A DNA stretch of 63,707 bases, filler included, from Nemertoderma westbladi (GCA_032718475.1; 4 parts of 4 records of this genome joined end to end with filler, not necessarily neighbours in it), one strand, 5' to 3'. Shown: positions 10,170 through 22,259, numbered from the whole stretch's first letter. The notes: generated by a model from the sequence alone, not told the origin. Numbers and translations are program-made.

Positions 10170-12505
10170 GTAGACCGTTGGGTCTATGCATTGGATGTAG
10201 CCCATGGGTTACCCGTTGGGTATACGGGTTGGATGTAGACCACGGGTTACCCGTTTGGTCTACGTATTGGGTGTTGCCCAAGGGGTGACCCGTTGGGTCT
10301 ACGGGTTGGATGTAACCCATGGGTGACCCGTTGGGTCTACGGGTTGGATGTAGCCCATGGGTTACCCGTTGGGTATACGGGTTGGATGTAGACCACGGGT
10401 TACCCGTTGGGTCTACGTATTGGGTGTTGCCCAAGGGGTGACCCGTTGGGTCTACGGGTTGGATGTAACCCATGGGTGACCCGTTGGGTCTACGGGTTGG
10501 ATGTAGCCCATGGGTGACCCGTTGGGTATACGGGTTGGATGAAGACCACGGGTTACCCGTTGGGTCTACGTATTGGGTGTTGCCCAAGGGGTGACCCGTT
10601 GGGTCTACGGGTTGGATGTAACCCATGGGTGACCCGTTAGGTCTACGGGCTGGATGTAGCCCATGGATGACCCGTTGGGTCTACTGGTTGGATGTAGCCC
10701 ACGGGTGACCCGTTGGGTCTACGGGTTGGATGTAGCCCATTGGTGACCCGTTGGGTCTACGGGTTGGAAGTAACCCATGGGTGACCCGTTGGGTCTACGG
10801 GTTGGATGTAGCCCATTGGTGACCCGTTGGGTCTACGGGTTGGAAGTAACCCATGGGTGACCCGTTGGGTCTACGGGTTGGATGTAACCCTTGGGTTACC
10901 CGTTGGGTCTACTGGTTGGATGTAGCCCATGGGTGACCCGTTGGGTCTACGCGTTGGATGTAACCCTTGGGTTACCCGTTGGGTCTACTGGTTGGATGTA
11001 GCCCATGGATGACCCGTTGGGTCTACTGGTTGGATGTAGCCCACGGGTGACCCGTTGGGTCTACGGGTTGGATGTAGCCCATTGGTGACCCGTTGGGTCT
11101 ACGGGTTGGAAGTAACCCATGGGTGACCCGTTGGGTCTACGGGTTGGATGTAGCCCATTGGTGACCCGTTGGGTCTACGGGTTGGAAGTAACCCATGGGT
11201 GACCCGTTGGGTCTACGGGTTGGATGTAGCCCATTGGTGACCCGTTGGGTCTACGGGTTGGAAGTAACCCATGGGTGACCCGTTGGGTCTACGGGTTGGA
11301 TGTAGCCCATTGGTGACCCGTTGGGTCTACGGGTTGGAAGTAACCCATGGGTGACCCGTTGGGTCTACGGGTTGGATGTAACCCTTGGGTTACCCGTTGG
11401 GTCTACTGGTTGGATGTAGCCCATGGGTGACCCGTTGGGTCTACGCGTTGGATGTAGCCCATGGGTGACCCGTTGGGTATACAGGTTGGATGTTGCCCAT
11501 GGGTGACTACTACGAGGATCGGCATGCTGCATTGCAGCTGCATTTTTAAGAATGCTGTGCCGGCTTATCGACAAAATTGCACCGCCACAATTCCTTATCA
11601 CCCATGATATTTGCTAGATCATCCGCATCTTCAAGGCCAGTGTCCTTTAAGATGCGTCTCAAGAAAGTCATGGGCTGTCCACCATGCTTATTCACTCCAT
11701 GAGGCTGCCAAAGTACAAGATTATGCACTGGCTGGTCCTCACGGCGAAAGCAATGTCCTGCAAAGCGGAGGCGATTTTGTTCTAGTGTCAAGCTTGGGGG
11801 AACCAATAAACACCTCCAATGTTATATAGTGTCTGGTTGGAGATGTGTGCATTGTACTTGACACAATTAACCCGGCGTAGCATTCTTGTGAATGTGCCAT
11901 CCAGAGATTTGGTGTCCTCAGCAGTTAGAGCCCAGTATGGACTCCCATGGGTGACCCGTTGGGTCTACGGTTTGGATTTAACCCATGGGTGACCCGTTGG
12001 GTCTACGGGTTGGAAGTAACCCATGGGTTAACCGTTGGGTCTACGGGTTGGATGTTGCCCATGGGTGACCCGTTTGGTCTACGGGTTGTATGTAGCCCAT
12101 GGGTGACCCGTTGGGTCTACGGGTTGGATGTAGCCCATGGGTGACCTGTTGGGTCTACGGGTTGTATGTAGCCCATGGGTGACCCGTTGGGTCTACGGGT
12201 TGGATGTAGCCCATGGGTGACCTGTTGGGTCTACGGGTTGGATGTAGCCCATGGGTGACCCGTTGGGTCTACGGGTTGGATGTAGCCCATGGGTGACCCG
12301 TTAGGTCTACGGGTTGGATGTAGCCCATGGGTGACCCGTTGGGTCTACGGGTTGGATGTAACCCATGGGTTACCCGTTGGGTCTACGGGTTTGATGTAAC
12401 CCATGGGTTACCCGTTGGGTCTACGGGTTGGATGTAACCAATGGGTTACCCGTTGGGTCTACGAGTTGGATGTAACCCATGGGTGACCCGTTGGGTCTAC
12501 GGGTT
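10170..12505. repeat. 38-bp satellite (GGGTGACCCGTTGGGTCTACGGGTTGGATGTAGCCCAT)n
   Basis: Direct periodicity with internal palindromes GGGTGACCC and CCCATGGG. Confidence 0.95.
11508..11943 (-). mobile_element. 5'-truncated RTE-like LINE inserted into the satellite
   Basis: Reverse complement of about 55075-55510; flanked by CCCATGGGTGAC at 11496-11507 and 11944-11955. Confidence 0.9.
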
Positions 12506-12748
12506 CCATCTATCCTTTATGGGATTCCTACCGTGGTTCCTGGAACCGACGTTCCCAACAGAGGCCACACGACCTACGGCAGTGCCGTTCATTTGTTTAT
12601 TGTAACTCAGAGGATATTATTAAAACATGTTGGTAGAACTATTTCTGTTTCTATTATTGTTGCTTACTATTTGTTGAATATTATATTAGTTTGTTACACA
12701 AACACAATAAGTTACCTACTGCTACGGGCTACAGTACAGTTTGTTTCT

Positions 12749-13653
12749 TTAAGTTTGTTTCGACTTGCATTTAAGTTTCATCTCTAATGTTTCCTTCAGC
12801 GGTTCCCATTCATTTGGATGAGTTCCACTACTCCACCATCCAATACTCTTGTTAAACGTCTTGTTATTCAGGACCGTTAGATCGTATGTTCCATTATCCA
12901 ATAAACCGGTAGCAGCGGTTCCAGCAGTACTTGAATGGGTGAAACTAGAAATCTTTAGATTCGCCATCCAGTAAAAGTAAAGTTACTGTAGATCCTCGTC
13001 GAGTTACCCAAGTCGACCTTTACGTAACAATCCCTCCCGGATGTCAGCAGATTGATATTCCACGTTCCTAAGATCGGTTGGGATCTCCGAATCCCCAGCG
13101 GTATTCAGTCTTACCTTCCCAGACGTTAATGTCGTTATCGATGCGTCTATAGAATATAATCCAGCCTCCGTCGCATCTGAATTGATTCTTGGAGGTCAAT
13201 AGAAGAGCTTTACTGACGGTATATTGCGATCCGGATTGTGTAGCGTTACCGCATATATCGGAATGAGCGTAGGGATGACATAGTGACGCATTTCTAGAAC
13301 ATTCAATAAACAATTGATAAAATTCATCCTCCTTGGAATTTTGTTGTTGAAGTGATTGTGGAGATTGTCGTTGAAGTAATTGTAGTCATGGTGATTAATC
13401 CAGCTTCCCCTATTGAGCTGATTGTGGTCGTCATATCTGCTCCCGATGGTAACAGCATCAGTATTATTACTGTTACTAGAGCAACTAGAAGAATTCCTAT
13501 TGCCGCGGCTAAAAGTTTCATTAGATTATCGCAATCATCCAGCAGCATTCGGCACAGCCAGTACGATTGGTTGGCGTTGTTGTTCGGCTGAGGGGCGATC
13601 GGCAGCTGAACTTCGTCCACTTCGATTTCTTCAACAGCTGGTAGACCTGGCAT
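12749..13653 (-). pseudogene. Intronless type-II membrane fibrinogen-related-domain (FReD) gene, frameshifted
   Basis: TM helix LLAAAIGILLVALVTVIILMLL, Thr-rich stalk, then CDGGWIIFYRR..EYRWGFGD and GWW FReD motifs across about three frameshifts. Confidence 0.6.
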
Positions 13654-14725
13654 TGTTCGAATGTGAAGCAAGACTTGTACAAATAATTATTTAATAAATT
13701 GTATTCGTAACGGTAAGAATTCCTGACTTCTGAGATTTTTCGTCTTTTGCAAATTTGCAATCAATATTTTTATCACTATAATATATTTACACCAAAATTT
13801 GAAAATTTCATAAGCCCTTATGTAATGCCAGAGTTTTTTTTAAACAAAAAGTTGTCCTTCTAACAGTTAGATTGTAGTAAGAAGTAGATGGTATTTTAAA
13901 TTTTGAGTCAGCTACTACTTTTTACGAGCTATGAAAAAAATAATAGTTGAAAAAATAAATATTCTAATCCTAATCAAATATAAAATAAATTTTCCAGGAA
14001 AAATTACTGAGTCATGGTAGATAAAATATATGTAATAATTGTTTACTAGCTATAGTTTATTTTATTTATAAAGTAGAAAACTAAACATTCAATAATAAAA
14101 AACATTCCAAAATGTCTTGATTGTATGGAACATGTCAAAATAAATGTACAATAATATAATAAAAGCCAGGAAAAACAATTTAACTTATGAATAATAACTT
14201 ATAAAAAATTAATTTATGCTCCGTAACAAAACACTGGCATTATTTTCCTAAATTTGGTGTAAACATACGATAGTGATACCATAAATATAAAAATAAAAAT
14301 GCAAACCTGTATTATTTTACAACGGAACTGCAACTAATATAAGATTCTAGAACAAGGAATTATTATGGTAACAAATAAATTTATCATGAACTAGAAAGCC
14401 CGTGGCCTTCGGCCACGGCTTTCTAGTTCACAACTTCTATACAGTCAATCAATCAATGGACAATATTAGACATATATAAATAAATTAATTAACTTAACAA
14501 AACTTTACATAAGACTAACAGACTGATCCCGTTTTAGTTGCAGCTACATACAATAATAAACATAAGGCTTTATGTTGTAGTAGATACCTACCAAGTAACA
14601 CCTCCAATGGATTACAAATAATAAAATTGGAAAAGGTTAAACTGTGTGTAATATTTTCCCCTTAGTGGAAAACTGTATGTATAACTGCAGAGTAGTGGTT
14701 AGCGTCCTCGCAAACATAACCTATA

Positions 14726-16285
14726 CACCATGTCCCAGAATATAGTGTCGTAATTCAGTGACACGCCCCCCCCCCCCCCCCCTAATTTTTCTACAAATCC
14801 TAATGAGATTGCATAAAATTTGAAACAGAGATAGTTTCACCTCCCGACCACTGACAGGGTGAGCCAGAATTTTTATTTTTGCTTGCAATCTTTAGCTACA
14901 AGCGCTTAAAAAAGTGTCTCCATCGATATTACACCAGTTACACCGCAGTTACTTCTACAGTAACAGTACCTTATAGCTGTTTCTTGGTACCACTGGAAAG
15001 CTGGTCATGCAAGGATTCCAAATATGTAACACAATTTTAATTTCGTTGAAAAATAGCTGAGATATGAGCGTTCAAATGTTGCATGGTTATGCACCGGCGT
15101 GAGGCTATTTTATTCTATTTAATAAATAAACCATATTCTGGAACATTTTTTAAATGTATGAATAGCTACGTAATAATATGATTAAAGATGTAATGCATTG
15201 TCGCCCAGCTACGTATTTGGATAAACAAAATATTCCAGATTATGATGTATTTATTAAATAGAATCGGGGGGCGTTTAACCCGCAGACCCAGGCGTTGATC
15301 GACATCAGGTTGGTTAACCTTGACGCCGGGTCTTATGCGGGGCGCTCCCCGATGTCAGTCCTCGAGTCAGCCGAAGACGAGAAGAAGCGGCTCTACTCCG
15401 ACGCAGTCTGGGCGCGGCGTGGCGACTTCTCGCCATACGTTGCCTCCTGCGACGGAGTGTTGGCCCCCCAAGCGGACAAGCTCCTCAGGACCATTGCCCA
15501 GAAGCTCCACCGGACTTGGGGGAGACCCTACAGCATGGTGATGGGGTGGGTCCGTACCCGGGTCCAGCTGGCTATCATACGCGGGGCTTCCCATTGCCTT
15601 AGAGGGTCGCGGACGAAATGGCGTAGCGGGCTCGGGCTGGACGACGGCGCAGGGATACCAGGTATATCTCGAATTTGATGAGGCAATGCGGAAGAAACCG
15701 AAGATATTGATTGGCGGTAGATAGAGACTTATTTGTGGAGATGGAGTTTATGCTATTGCAGTTGGTTACATTATGACGTTGTTGGTACGATCTACTTCTT
15801 TTATATTTATGATTAATCGTTTTACATTGATGACAATATTTATTATGTATCATTATGTGCATCATTATGTATTATAAAAAAAAAAAAAAATTATTAAATA
15901 TAATAAAATAGCCTCCCATAGGTGCATAACCATGCAACATTTGAACGCCCATATCTCAGCTATTTTTCAACGAAATTCAAATTGTGTTACATATTTTGAA
16001 TCCTTGTACGGTCAGCTTTCTATCAGTACCAACAAATCACTATAAGGTTGAATAATAACTGCGGTGTAACTGGTGTAATATCGCTGGAGACACTTTTTTT
16101 AAACGCATGTAGCTAAAGATTGAAAGCAAAAATACAAATTCTGGCTCACCCAGTCAGTGATCGGGAGGTGAAACTATGTCTGTTTCAAATTTCATGCAAT
16201 CTCATTACGATTTGTAAAAAAATTAGGGGGGGGGGGGGGGGGGGTGGTGTCACTGAATTAAGACACTATTTTCTGGGACATGGTG
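14726..16285. mobile_element. Non-autonomous Tc1/mariner-type TIR element with long inverted repeats
   Basis: TA|CACCATGTCCCAGAA ... TTCTGGGACATGGTG|TA; about 400 bp of the arms are reverse complementary; related fragment near 41810-41935. Confidence 0.85.
15261..15890 (+). mobile_element. CRE-like non-LTR retrotransposon 3' fragment (restriction-like endonuclease end)
   Basis: DIRLVNLDA..EKKRLY..FSPYV..CLRGSR peptide, poly(A) tail, 10-bp TSD TTATTAAATA at 15251-15260 and 15891-15900. Confidence 0.8.
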
Positions 16286-16299
16286 TAGTGCAGTAGGTC

Positions 16300-16756
16300 A
16301 CTGCAGCAACTCTATCGTATTAAAATAGAAGGTTTTAATTTCAGACATTTCGCCCCCTAATGGCAGACTGCATAATTCTGCACTTGTTAGCGTCCTCCCC
16401 AAACACGAAGACTGTGGTGTAGTAGTCCTCTGCCAAGTGCCAAGTATCAGCAAAAAAGCATTCATAAACAACAAAATTGTAGGTTTCCTCATTCAGACAT
16501 TTCATCCTCTAATAGCGGCAGACTGGGGAACTGTAGATTGGTCATCGTCTCCCCAAATACACACCCTGCTACAGTGTAGTATACTCTGCTTTGTATCAGC
16601 AAAAAAACATTATAAACATATTGTGTAAAGGACCTAAGTATTAGCTAAAAATCATTATTAATAACAAAATAGGATAAGATTTTCACTTTCAGACATTTCG
16701 CCTCCTAGTGGCAGACTGAAGAACCGCAAACTGGTCGGCGTCCTCCCAACACGCAG
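16300..16756. repeat. Degenerate 160-190-bp tandem repeat (TTCAGACATTTCGCC..GGCAGACTG..CGTCCTCCC), target of several insertions
   Basis: Three diverged copies here, related sequence at about 14630-14720. Confidence 0.65.
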
Positions 16757-19100
16757 TGTAAGTGGATTCAATTCCGTGCATTACCCAACGAAAATGGGAA
16801 TAGTGGCATTTTACCAATATAGTTGGCGAGGTGCATTATTAGCAATAATAATGTCACCTCATAACCAACTGGGGCGATACACGCCGTAAGCCACAGAGAG
16901 TTGAGAGGTCAAACCATCTCAGAGGGACAAACAAGCTAGTAAGGCTAGCACGAAGGGATAACGGCAACAGGGAGTGGCGAGGTGACAATTAATCAGGTTA
17001 AGCCAATGGTGGGCGGGAAAGCACATTGGGGGTGATTAGAGCGCATCTATTGGATATTCGGGCCACTCAGTAGCGTAGGGGTAATTTAACATGTGTCAGT
17101 GATATAACCGTTGTGATTATTGATTACCAGTTTAGTTGGTTCCTTACAGTTGTGAGACTGGAACAGTTTTGACCATCGTCGTCGTTGTCACTAACCGTTG
17201 TATTGCATGCTATTATATTCAGACTGTGCTATTATCAATTACTGTGATTATTAATACTGACAACAGAAATCAGTCATTTTCAATGGCCTTCGGCCTAATA
17301 CATCCAGTAGCAGCTCAGCAGCCCACAGACGCGGCGATGCGTACAATTCACACACCGGTCGGGAGCCGATACTGCCAACTCTCGTTGGCTCCCGTCACAG
17401 TCAAAACTGTCCACCTGACACCTGAGACAGCTAGTGACGGCAATGGTGGGGCCGACGGTACAGCGCCGGATGAGGAGGGAAGGCAAAGTCCAGGAGGAAG
17501 ACGTCAGGATGAGTGATCGCCTGCGACGAGGGTACATCGCCACCAAGAGGTTGTTGGAGGACGCTAGAGAGGGGAGAAAGGTAGACCAGCCTGAGTTGTA
17601 CCAAAGGCTAGGTGAGTGCAACAAACATTTTCGCTATCTAGTCCGATTTGGGCAGGGGGAACTGGCAAGCGAGAGGGCGAGGGGGGTCGCCACAGAACTG
17701 TTCGAATTGTGGCGATCCGAGGTGGTGGAGGCCAGTGTAGTGTACGTCGGGCCTTATCTAGTAGATGTGAGGGGGATAAAGTTAGTGGGATGGGCGGACC
17801 CGCACGACAGCGAATCTGAGGTTTCCCCAAAGATTCGGTGTCGTCGGTTAGTAGGAATCCCAGTAAACGCGGGAAAATTAGTAGGACGGGCAGGCGACGG
17901 GAGTCCATCGCAATCGAAATGTCTGCTACATCCTCCGCAAAAGCAAGAAGGGTATTAGAGATAGATCAGGCGTGTAAAGCTGAGAGGATTGTGAGAGAGG
18001 CAGAGTTGGCCAATCAGAGTATTAGAGAGGATAGAGAGAGAGAGAGGGCGGGTAAACGTATGCGGGATGATATGCATACCCGGTTGAGGGGGTTAAGGCA
18101 ATATCAGGCAAAACAGAAACGCCGATTAGAACTGGCAAAAATGGGTTTATCAGAGAGCGAGGCTGGTTCGGGGAATATTTATGAGGAACCAGGGGTGATG
18201 GAAACCTTTGTTAATACCCCACTTACACGTACCGGACGACAGATCCAAGACTGGTGTGACCAGTAATAACAATATGTTTAACGAAAACCTTAATATTAAT
18301 AGTACCGTAATAGATAACCCTAGTACTAATGAAACTTTTCTTGCAGGAGATAATATTTTACTCGGTAATAATTCTAATATTGGTGCACAAAATAATTTAA
18401 GTAATAACATAAATAACAGTGAACAAAATAATCAAAATAATATAAATAATAACGTAACATATCAACAGGGCGAGGCTAATAGTGGTGCAATTAATATAAA
18501 CATAGGGGAAACCGGCAATTTGCCTAGTGAGAGCCTACAAGGCCACGCAGTTGCCCAGGGAGGCGTCGACTAATGCGTCGACTGGAAGGGAACATGGGGG
18601 CGAGGCAAGAGGTGATGGGTGGAGGGGGGGGGGGGGGCTATGGGCACCCCACCACAACCAATTAATGACGAGAGGGGGGTGGGGGGCAGAGAATGCCCCA
18701 CGAGCGTCGGCAGATAATGCGCACGGTGAGTTAAGTGAACCGTGGCACCCGACGACAGAGGATAGTAGGAGGACTGCGAATATCCGCGGGGCCATCCAAC
18801 CGGGCAGAGGGAGGAACGTTGGTGCCGTAAGCGGCCAAATGAGGAAACGTCGAGCCCACTCGGAAGACGGAAGAAGAACAGTGGAGTTCATCCGGGAGGT
18901 TGAAATGAGATCTCGTGAGGGAGGACATTACGCTGAAGTCAAAGGAAGCGAGGAGGGACGAGGAAGTGTTGCTACGGGCAACCAAAGAGGAAGGACGGAC
19001 AGTGAACCGTCGATAGTCAAGGTGGAGAAAGAAAGCCGGTGGGTTCGTACTCCGGGAGATTGCCGTCGCCCCGGAGAAACACAACCTGGTGAAATATACC
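16757..19100 (+). mobile_element. Family A element: 5' LTR (16757-17399) plus gag N-terminal region, 3'-truncated
   Basis: LTR termini; ORFs 17434-17958, 17838-18266 and 18208-18573, the later parts homologous to 110-620; 18560-18830 homologous to 2870-3370; right boundary approximate. Confidence 0.8.
17400..17410 (+). promoter_or_regulatory. Non-tRNA primer-binding site GTCAAAACTGT, complementary to LTR site 17163-17173
   Basis: 11/11 complementary to ACAGTTTTGAC. Confidence 0.7.
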
Positions 19101-20294
19101 ACACACAGGGGGATAGTCTGGGTTTGATGTTATTATATTGGGGCCCATACACCCATCTGCAATACCCCCCCTTCCCCTGGGTATATATTGTATCCCTGCC
19201 TCAACCCTCGCTGCCTCTCTCGCTTCTCGCTCTTTGCGCTTGTTCTCTTCTCTCTCAACCTGTACTCTACGATCATTTATTTCCTTCTCAGCCCACTCCG
19301 CCTCCCTTGCCTCACGCTCTCTATAATCTCTCGCCACCTTCTCGGCCTTCTCTTTGCACTCTCTCGCTAGTTGCCTTTCCCTTTCTAGTAATGCGGTCCC
19401 CTCATCCAGCTGTCTCTCTAGTTCCTTTTAATCCAGCGTGACTATGTCTAGCTGACACGCCAGATCTACCTCTAACACCCTTCTTGCTTTTGCGGAGGAT
19501 GTAGTGGAATCCGGTGTGGCGCGCCGGTACCGTCTCATTGCTGCCGAATTGTCTGGTCTCTGTCGCTCGGGGTTCGCGGCGGGCTCACTTCTCCCTCTGG
19601 ACCTTGGGGCTGTTGTTCACTCATTGTTGGCGCTGGCTGTGGTCACAGTTTATTTAAATGGGTGTTGACTCTCTCCGGTTTTTAACTGTGACGGGATCCG
19701 GGAGTTGGTTTCTAAACCCCAACTGGTGTGTTGTTTGGTACTATACGCGTCGCCGCGTCCGTAGGCTGCTGAAAGGCTGTAGTCTGAATATTGAGGCCGA
19801 AGGCCGTTGGAATAACTGAGTTTTTAGTGTCTGTTGTTATAATGTCAGAACATATAATGGCACAGTCAGAATATAATAGCATGGTAATGACGACGGTTAA
19901 AAACCGTTCCGGTCTCACAACTCTACAGATACCAACTGAATCATAATCAACAAGTACAACGATTATATTGCTAACACATATTAGTTACTCCTACTGTACT
20001 GAGCGGCCTGGCCAATAGATGCGTTCCAATCACCTGTTTTCCCCTCCCATCATTGGCTAACCTAATTAATTTCCATCTCGCCACCCCCTGTTGCCACTGT
20101 CCCCAATTGCTAGCCCCTTTGTCCCCTGAGATGGCTTATAGCCTCTCAACTCTATACGTGGCCGGCAGTGTGTGTTGCCTGAGTTGGTTATTATGTGACA
20201 TTATATTGGTAATGTCACCTTCCAAACTGTAATTGGTAAAAAGTCACTTCGCCCATTTTCCGCTGGGTAGTGCAAGGAATTGAATCCGCTTACA
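19100..20294 (-). mobile_element. Family A element in opposite orientation: 5' LTR (20294-19687) plus internally deleted gag region
   Basis: Reverse complement starts TGTAAGCGGATTCAATTCC; 19450-19505 matches 17926-17981; 19110-19195 matches 3505-3585. Confidence 0.8.
19676..19686 (-). promoter_or_regulatory. Non-tRNA primer-binding site GTTAAAAACCG, complementary to LTR site 19896-19906
   Basis: 11/11 complementary, including a compensated change in homopolymer length. Confidence 0.7.
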
Positions 20295-20317
20295 GCTCTG
20301 TCATATCAAAAAATAAT

Positions 20318-20542
20318 TTATGGGTGACTAAAAATTAATTCCTGGTAGTTTGAATTTCCCGGTAACTTGTAGGTCGAGATTTTGACTGGCCATTCATTGG
20401 TTAGGGTAGTGGGAAACCATCCAATTGCACGTTTTTTTGAATATAATTACTTAAAGTAACCAATGAATGGCCTGTCCAAATCTCGCCTTACAAGGTACCG
20501 GGAAATTCAAACTTCCAAAAATTAATTTATGGTCGACCATAA
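20318..20542. mobile_element. Palindromic MITE-like element
   Basis: About 85-bp imperfect inverted arms (TTTGAATTTCCCGGTA..CCATTCATTGGTTA / TAACCAATGAATGG..TACCGGGAAATTCAAA). Confidence 0.65.
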
Positions 20543-21047
20543 ATTAATTTATGGTTAACCATAAAATATGACGAGATGGTGAACTTCTGAAAAAAAAATT
20601 AATTGGCAAAGATCAGCCACCGTAAATACAATATCATTAAGTTTGGGGGAGGGGCAAGTCACTGAATTACGTCAATCAATACATGGATACGGTGCAGTTG
20701 TGCGTCAAACTTTAATAAATAATAGTTTTGGTAGGAAATTTGAATAATATGAATAAAGTTGCTAAGCTGCATTTCATCATTACACACATTATATCGGTAC
20801 CGGTACCATGACAAGTCCCCAAAAGGTCCCACCCTCATCCATAGTGCGGGAAATTCAAATGATTGAAAGACCTGTAATTTGTACTGGAAAGGTTGGCAGA
20901 TCAGATCTGCCACCTATATTTTGGCGGTAAATTCAAATCTGTTTTAACATTGTATACATGAATAGAGTAAGACTAATAATGTAATTTATTGAATCAGAAT
21001 AAATTATTTCTTATCGGTTTAACTCACTCATCCGTTACTGTTGTTGT

Positions 21048-22132
21048 TTTATCTAGTCTGGGACTTCGAGCAGCACGTGAACAACTAAGCTGGCGGTTAA
21101 TCTAGTCTGGGACTTCGAACAGCACGTGAACAACTAAGCTGACTGGTTATCTAGTCTGGGACTTCGAGCAGCACGTGAACAACTAAGCTGACTGGTTAAT
21201 CTAGTCTGGGACTTCGAGCAGCACGTGAACAACTAAGCTGGCGGTTAATCTAGTCTGGGACTTCGAGCAGCACGTGAACAACTAAGCTGACTGGTTATCT
21301 AGTCTGGGACTTCGAGCAGCACGTGAACAACTAAGCATACTGGTTAACTAGTCTGAGACTTACAGCAAAATTGAAAATTGAGGAAGGGGGGAGGGGGGTC
21401 GGTGGATTTGGCTTAACTTCTATCCCAATAAAATGTAAAGAACATTTATTATTTGCTTGTAATTACTGCTAACTACTAATTAATGCTAATTACATCATAA
21501 CATTATAATTATAACAATTATACATTTAATACCTAGTATATTAATAGTAGATTTCAAGTAGATAGATGATAGAAAGGCGCAGTGAATTGATATATTTTTG
21601 GCGGTTGATTCAAATTACAGAATTATCATATTTCCATTACAAACTGTACACAGTCCCAAACTAGTTAACCAGTCAGCTGAGTTGTTCACGTGCTGCTCGA
21701 AGTCCCAGACTAGGTAACCAGTCAGCTTAGTTGTTCACATGCTACTCGAAGCCCCAGACTAGTTAACCAGTCAGCTTAGTTGTACACGTGCTGCTCGAAG
21801 CCCCATAGTAGTTAACCAGTCTGCCAGTTAGGTTAGTTGTACACGTCCTGCTTGAAGCCCCAGACAGCCAGACTAGTTAACGTGCTGGTTTAGTTGTTCA
21901 CGTGCTGCTCGAAGTCCCAGACTAGGTAACCTGCCAGTTTAGTTGTTCACGTGCTGCTCGAAGTCCCAGGCTAGTGAACCAATCAGCTTAGTTGTTCACG
22001 TGCTGCTCGAAGTCCCAGTCCCAGACTAGTCAACCAGTCAGCTTAGTTGTTCGCGTGCTACTCGAAGTCCCAGACTATTTAACCAGTCAGCTCAGTTGTT
22101 CATGTGCTGCTCGAAGTCCCAGACTAGTTAAC
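21048..22132. repeat. Foldback structure: about 48-bp tandem units in forward (21048-21360) and reverse (21650-22132) orientation
   Basis: Unit CTAGTCTGGGACTTCGAGCAGCACGTGAACAACTAAGCTG and its reverse complement. Confidence 0.85.
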
Positions 22133-22259
22133 CTGATTTTATTTATTTTATTTCATTTCATTTCGTTTTATTTCTATTTTTATTATAAGATTATATATTC
22201 AAATATCCAAATCCATAAAACCAAAATTAAATATAAAACTGCACCAGCATCCCACCACC

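Noticed and set aside
17284-17296. TGGCCTTCGGCC as a tRNA-Tyr-like PBS
   Set aside because: Lies inside the LTR as defined by the PPT-adjacent copy ending at 7903, TGG is not conserved in sister copies, and the match is poor
16757-20294. DIRS-type element with inverted terminal repeats
   Set aside because: No tyrosine recombinase or RT; both arms are ordinary family A LTRs, each followed by its own gag start
21048-22132. CRISPR-like 48-bp repeats
   Set aside because: Units are contiguous without variable spacers and form a foldback
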